A stretch of DNA of 64,000 nucleotides. Source: Zygnema circumcarinatum SAG 698-1b (Eukaryota; Plantae; Zygnematophyceae). The stretch is taken from positions 4,379,909 through 4,443,908 of the forward strand of contig CM074804.1 in the NCBI GenBank assembly GCA_037447605.1, read 5' to 3'. Below the pieces are notes generated by a model. It was given only the letters and a program-made list of their open reading frames with translations. It had not been told where the DNA came from and did not search any database. The position numbers and the translations under genes are program-made. This document shows positions 63,565 through 64,000 of the stretch, piece after piece (position 1 is the stretch's first letter; each line of letters begins with the position of its first letter).

Positions 63565-63737
63565 ATGGAGAGGGCGAGCGATCTCAATGGCGTGCTGACC
63601 ATGGACCTGCGGTGGCTGGCGTGCGTGAAGAGCCGCGTGTACATGATCCCGTCCTCGAGCGAGCGCGCAGACCGCGAGAGCTACCAGCCCGTGCTCGACC
63701 TCATCGGGGACTCCAGCGTCGTGCTCATCGGGGAGGG
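63565..63737 (+). CDS. First exon of an erythromycin esterase (EreA/B)-like protein; gene continues beyond the window
   Basis: MERASDLNG...ESYQPVLDLIGDSSVVLIGEG followed by donor GG|GTAGGG. Resembles the family N-terminal motif Y.PLL..IGDA.VVLIGEA(S/T)HGT. Too short for the ORF track. Confidence 0.65.
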
Positions 63738-64000
63738 GTAGGGTTCAGGGCCGGTGGGAGGGGCTGGATTTAAGGAAATTTGGGAAGGGGGGAATCGTAA
63801 AGAGGTTAAGGGGAAGGGTGGAGGGAGACGATAGGGATCAAGAAAAAAGACGGGGCAGAGAGGAAGGGACAAGGCTTCAGGGAAAGAAATAGGGGATGGG
63901 TCTCAGGGGAAACGAGGGGGGCGGGGGTCGCGGGGGACAGAAGTGTCAGTGGAAGAGGGGATTTTCGAAGGTAGAATTTCCGAGAGGGGAAGAGGGGAAG

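Overview
This is eukaryotic nuclear DNA: intron-rich, with plant-type genes, long CT- or GA-rich introns and TTTAGGG-type telo-boxes. It most likely comes from a streptophyte green alga, for example Zygnematophyceae (inference). Genes recognised by splicing exons by eye: homoserine kinase (+), chloroplast PII/GLB1 (+), an ELMO-domain protein (-), SMC1 (+), a BT1 folate/biopterin transporter (+), an unknown 475-aa ORF with a degenerate bZIP-like basic helix (-), coatomer delta (-), LSM3 (-), FIE/EED (+), ISY1 (-), a DUF1336 protein (+), and the first exon of an erythromycin-esterase-like gene at the right edge. Four non-autonomous DNA transposons are visible: two members of one TIR family, one hAT element with a perfect 8-bp TSD, and one Tourist-like MITE. 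The most striking observation is an AT-rich, intronless, catalytically degenerate fragment of a bacterial-type inorganic pyrophosphatase lying antisense inside a delta-COP intron and flanked by a 5-bp direct repeat, a candidate foreign-DNA insertion. Other leads are a candidate U12 intron in SMC1, a possible long alternative last exon of ELMOD, an in-frame TGA that may interrupt a longer bZIP-like gene, and dense clusters of CCGTACGG, GCCACGTGGC and W-box motifs. Coordinates and counts were read manually and no database searches were run.
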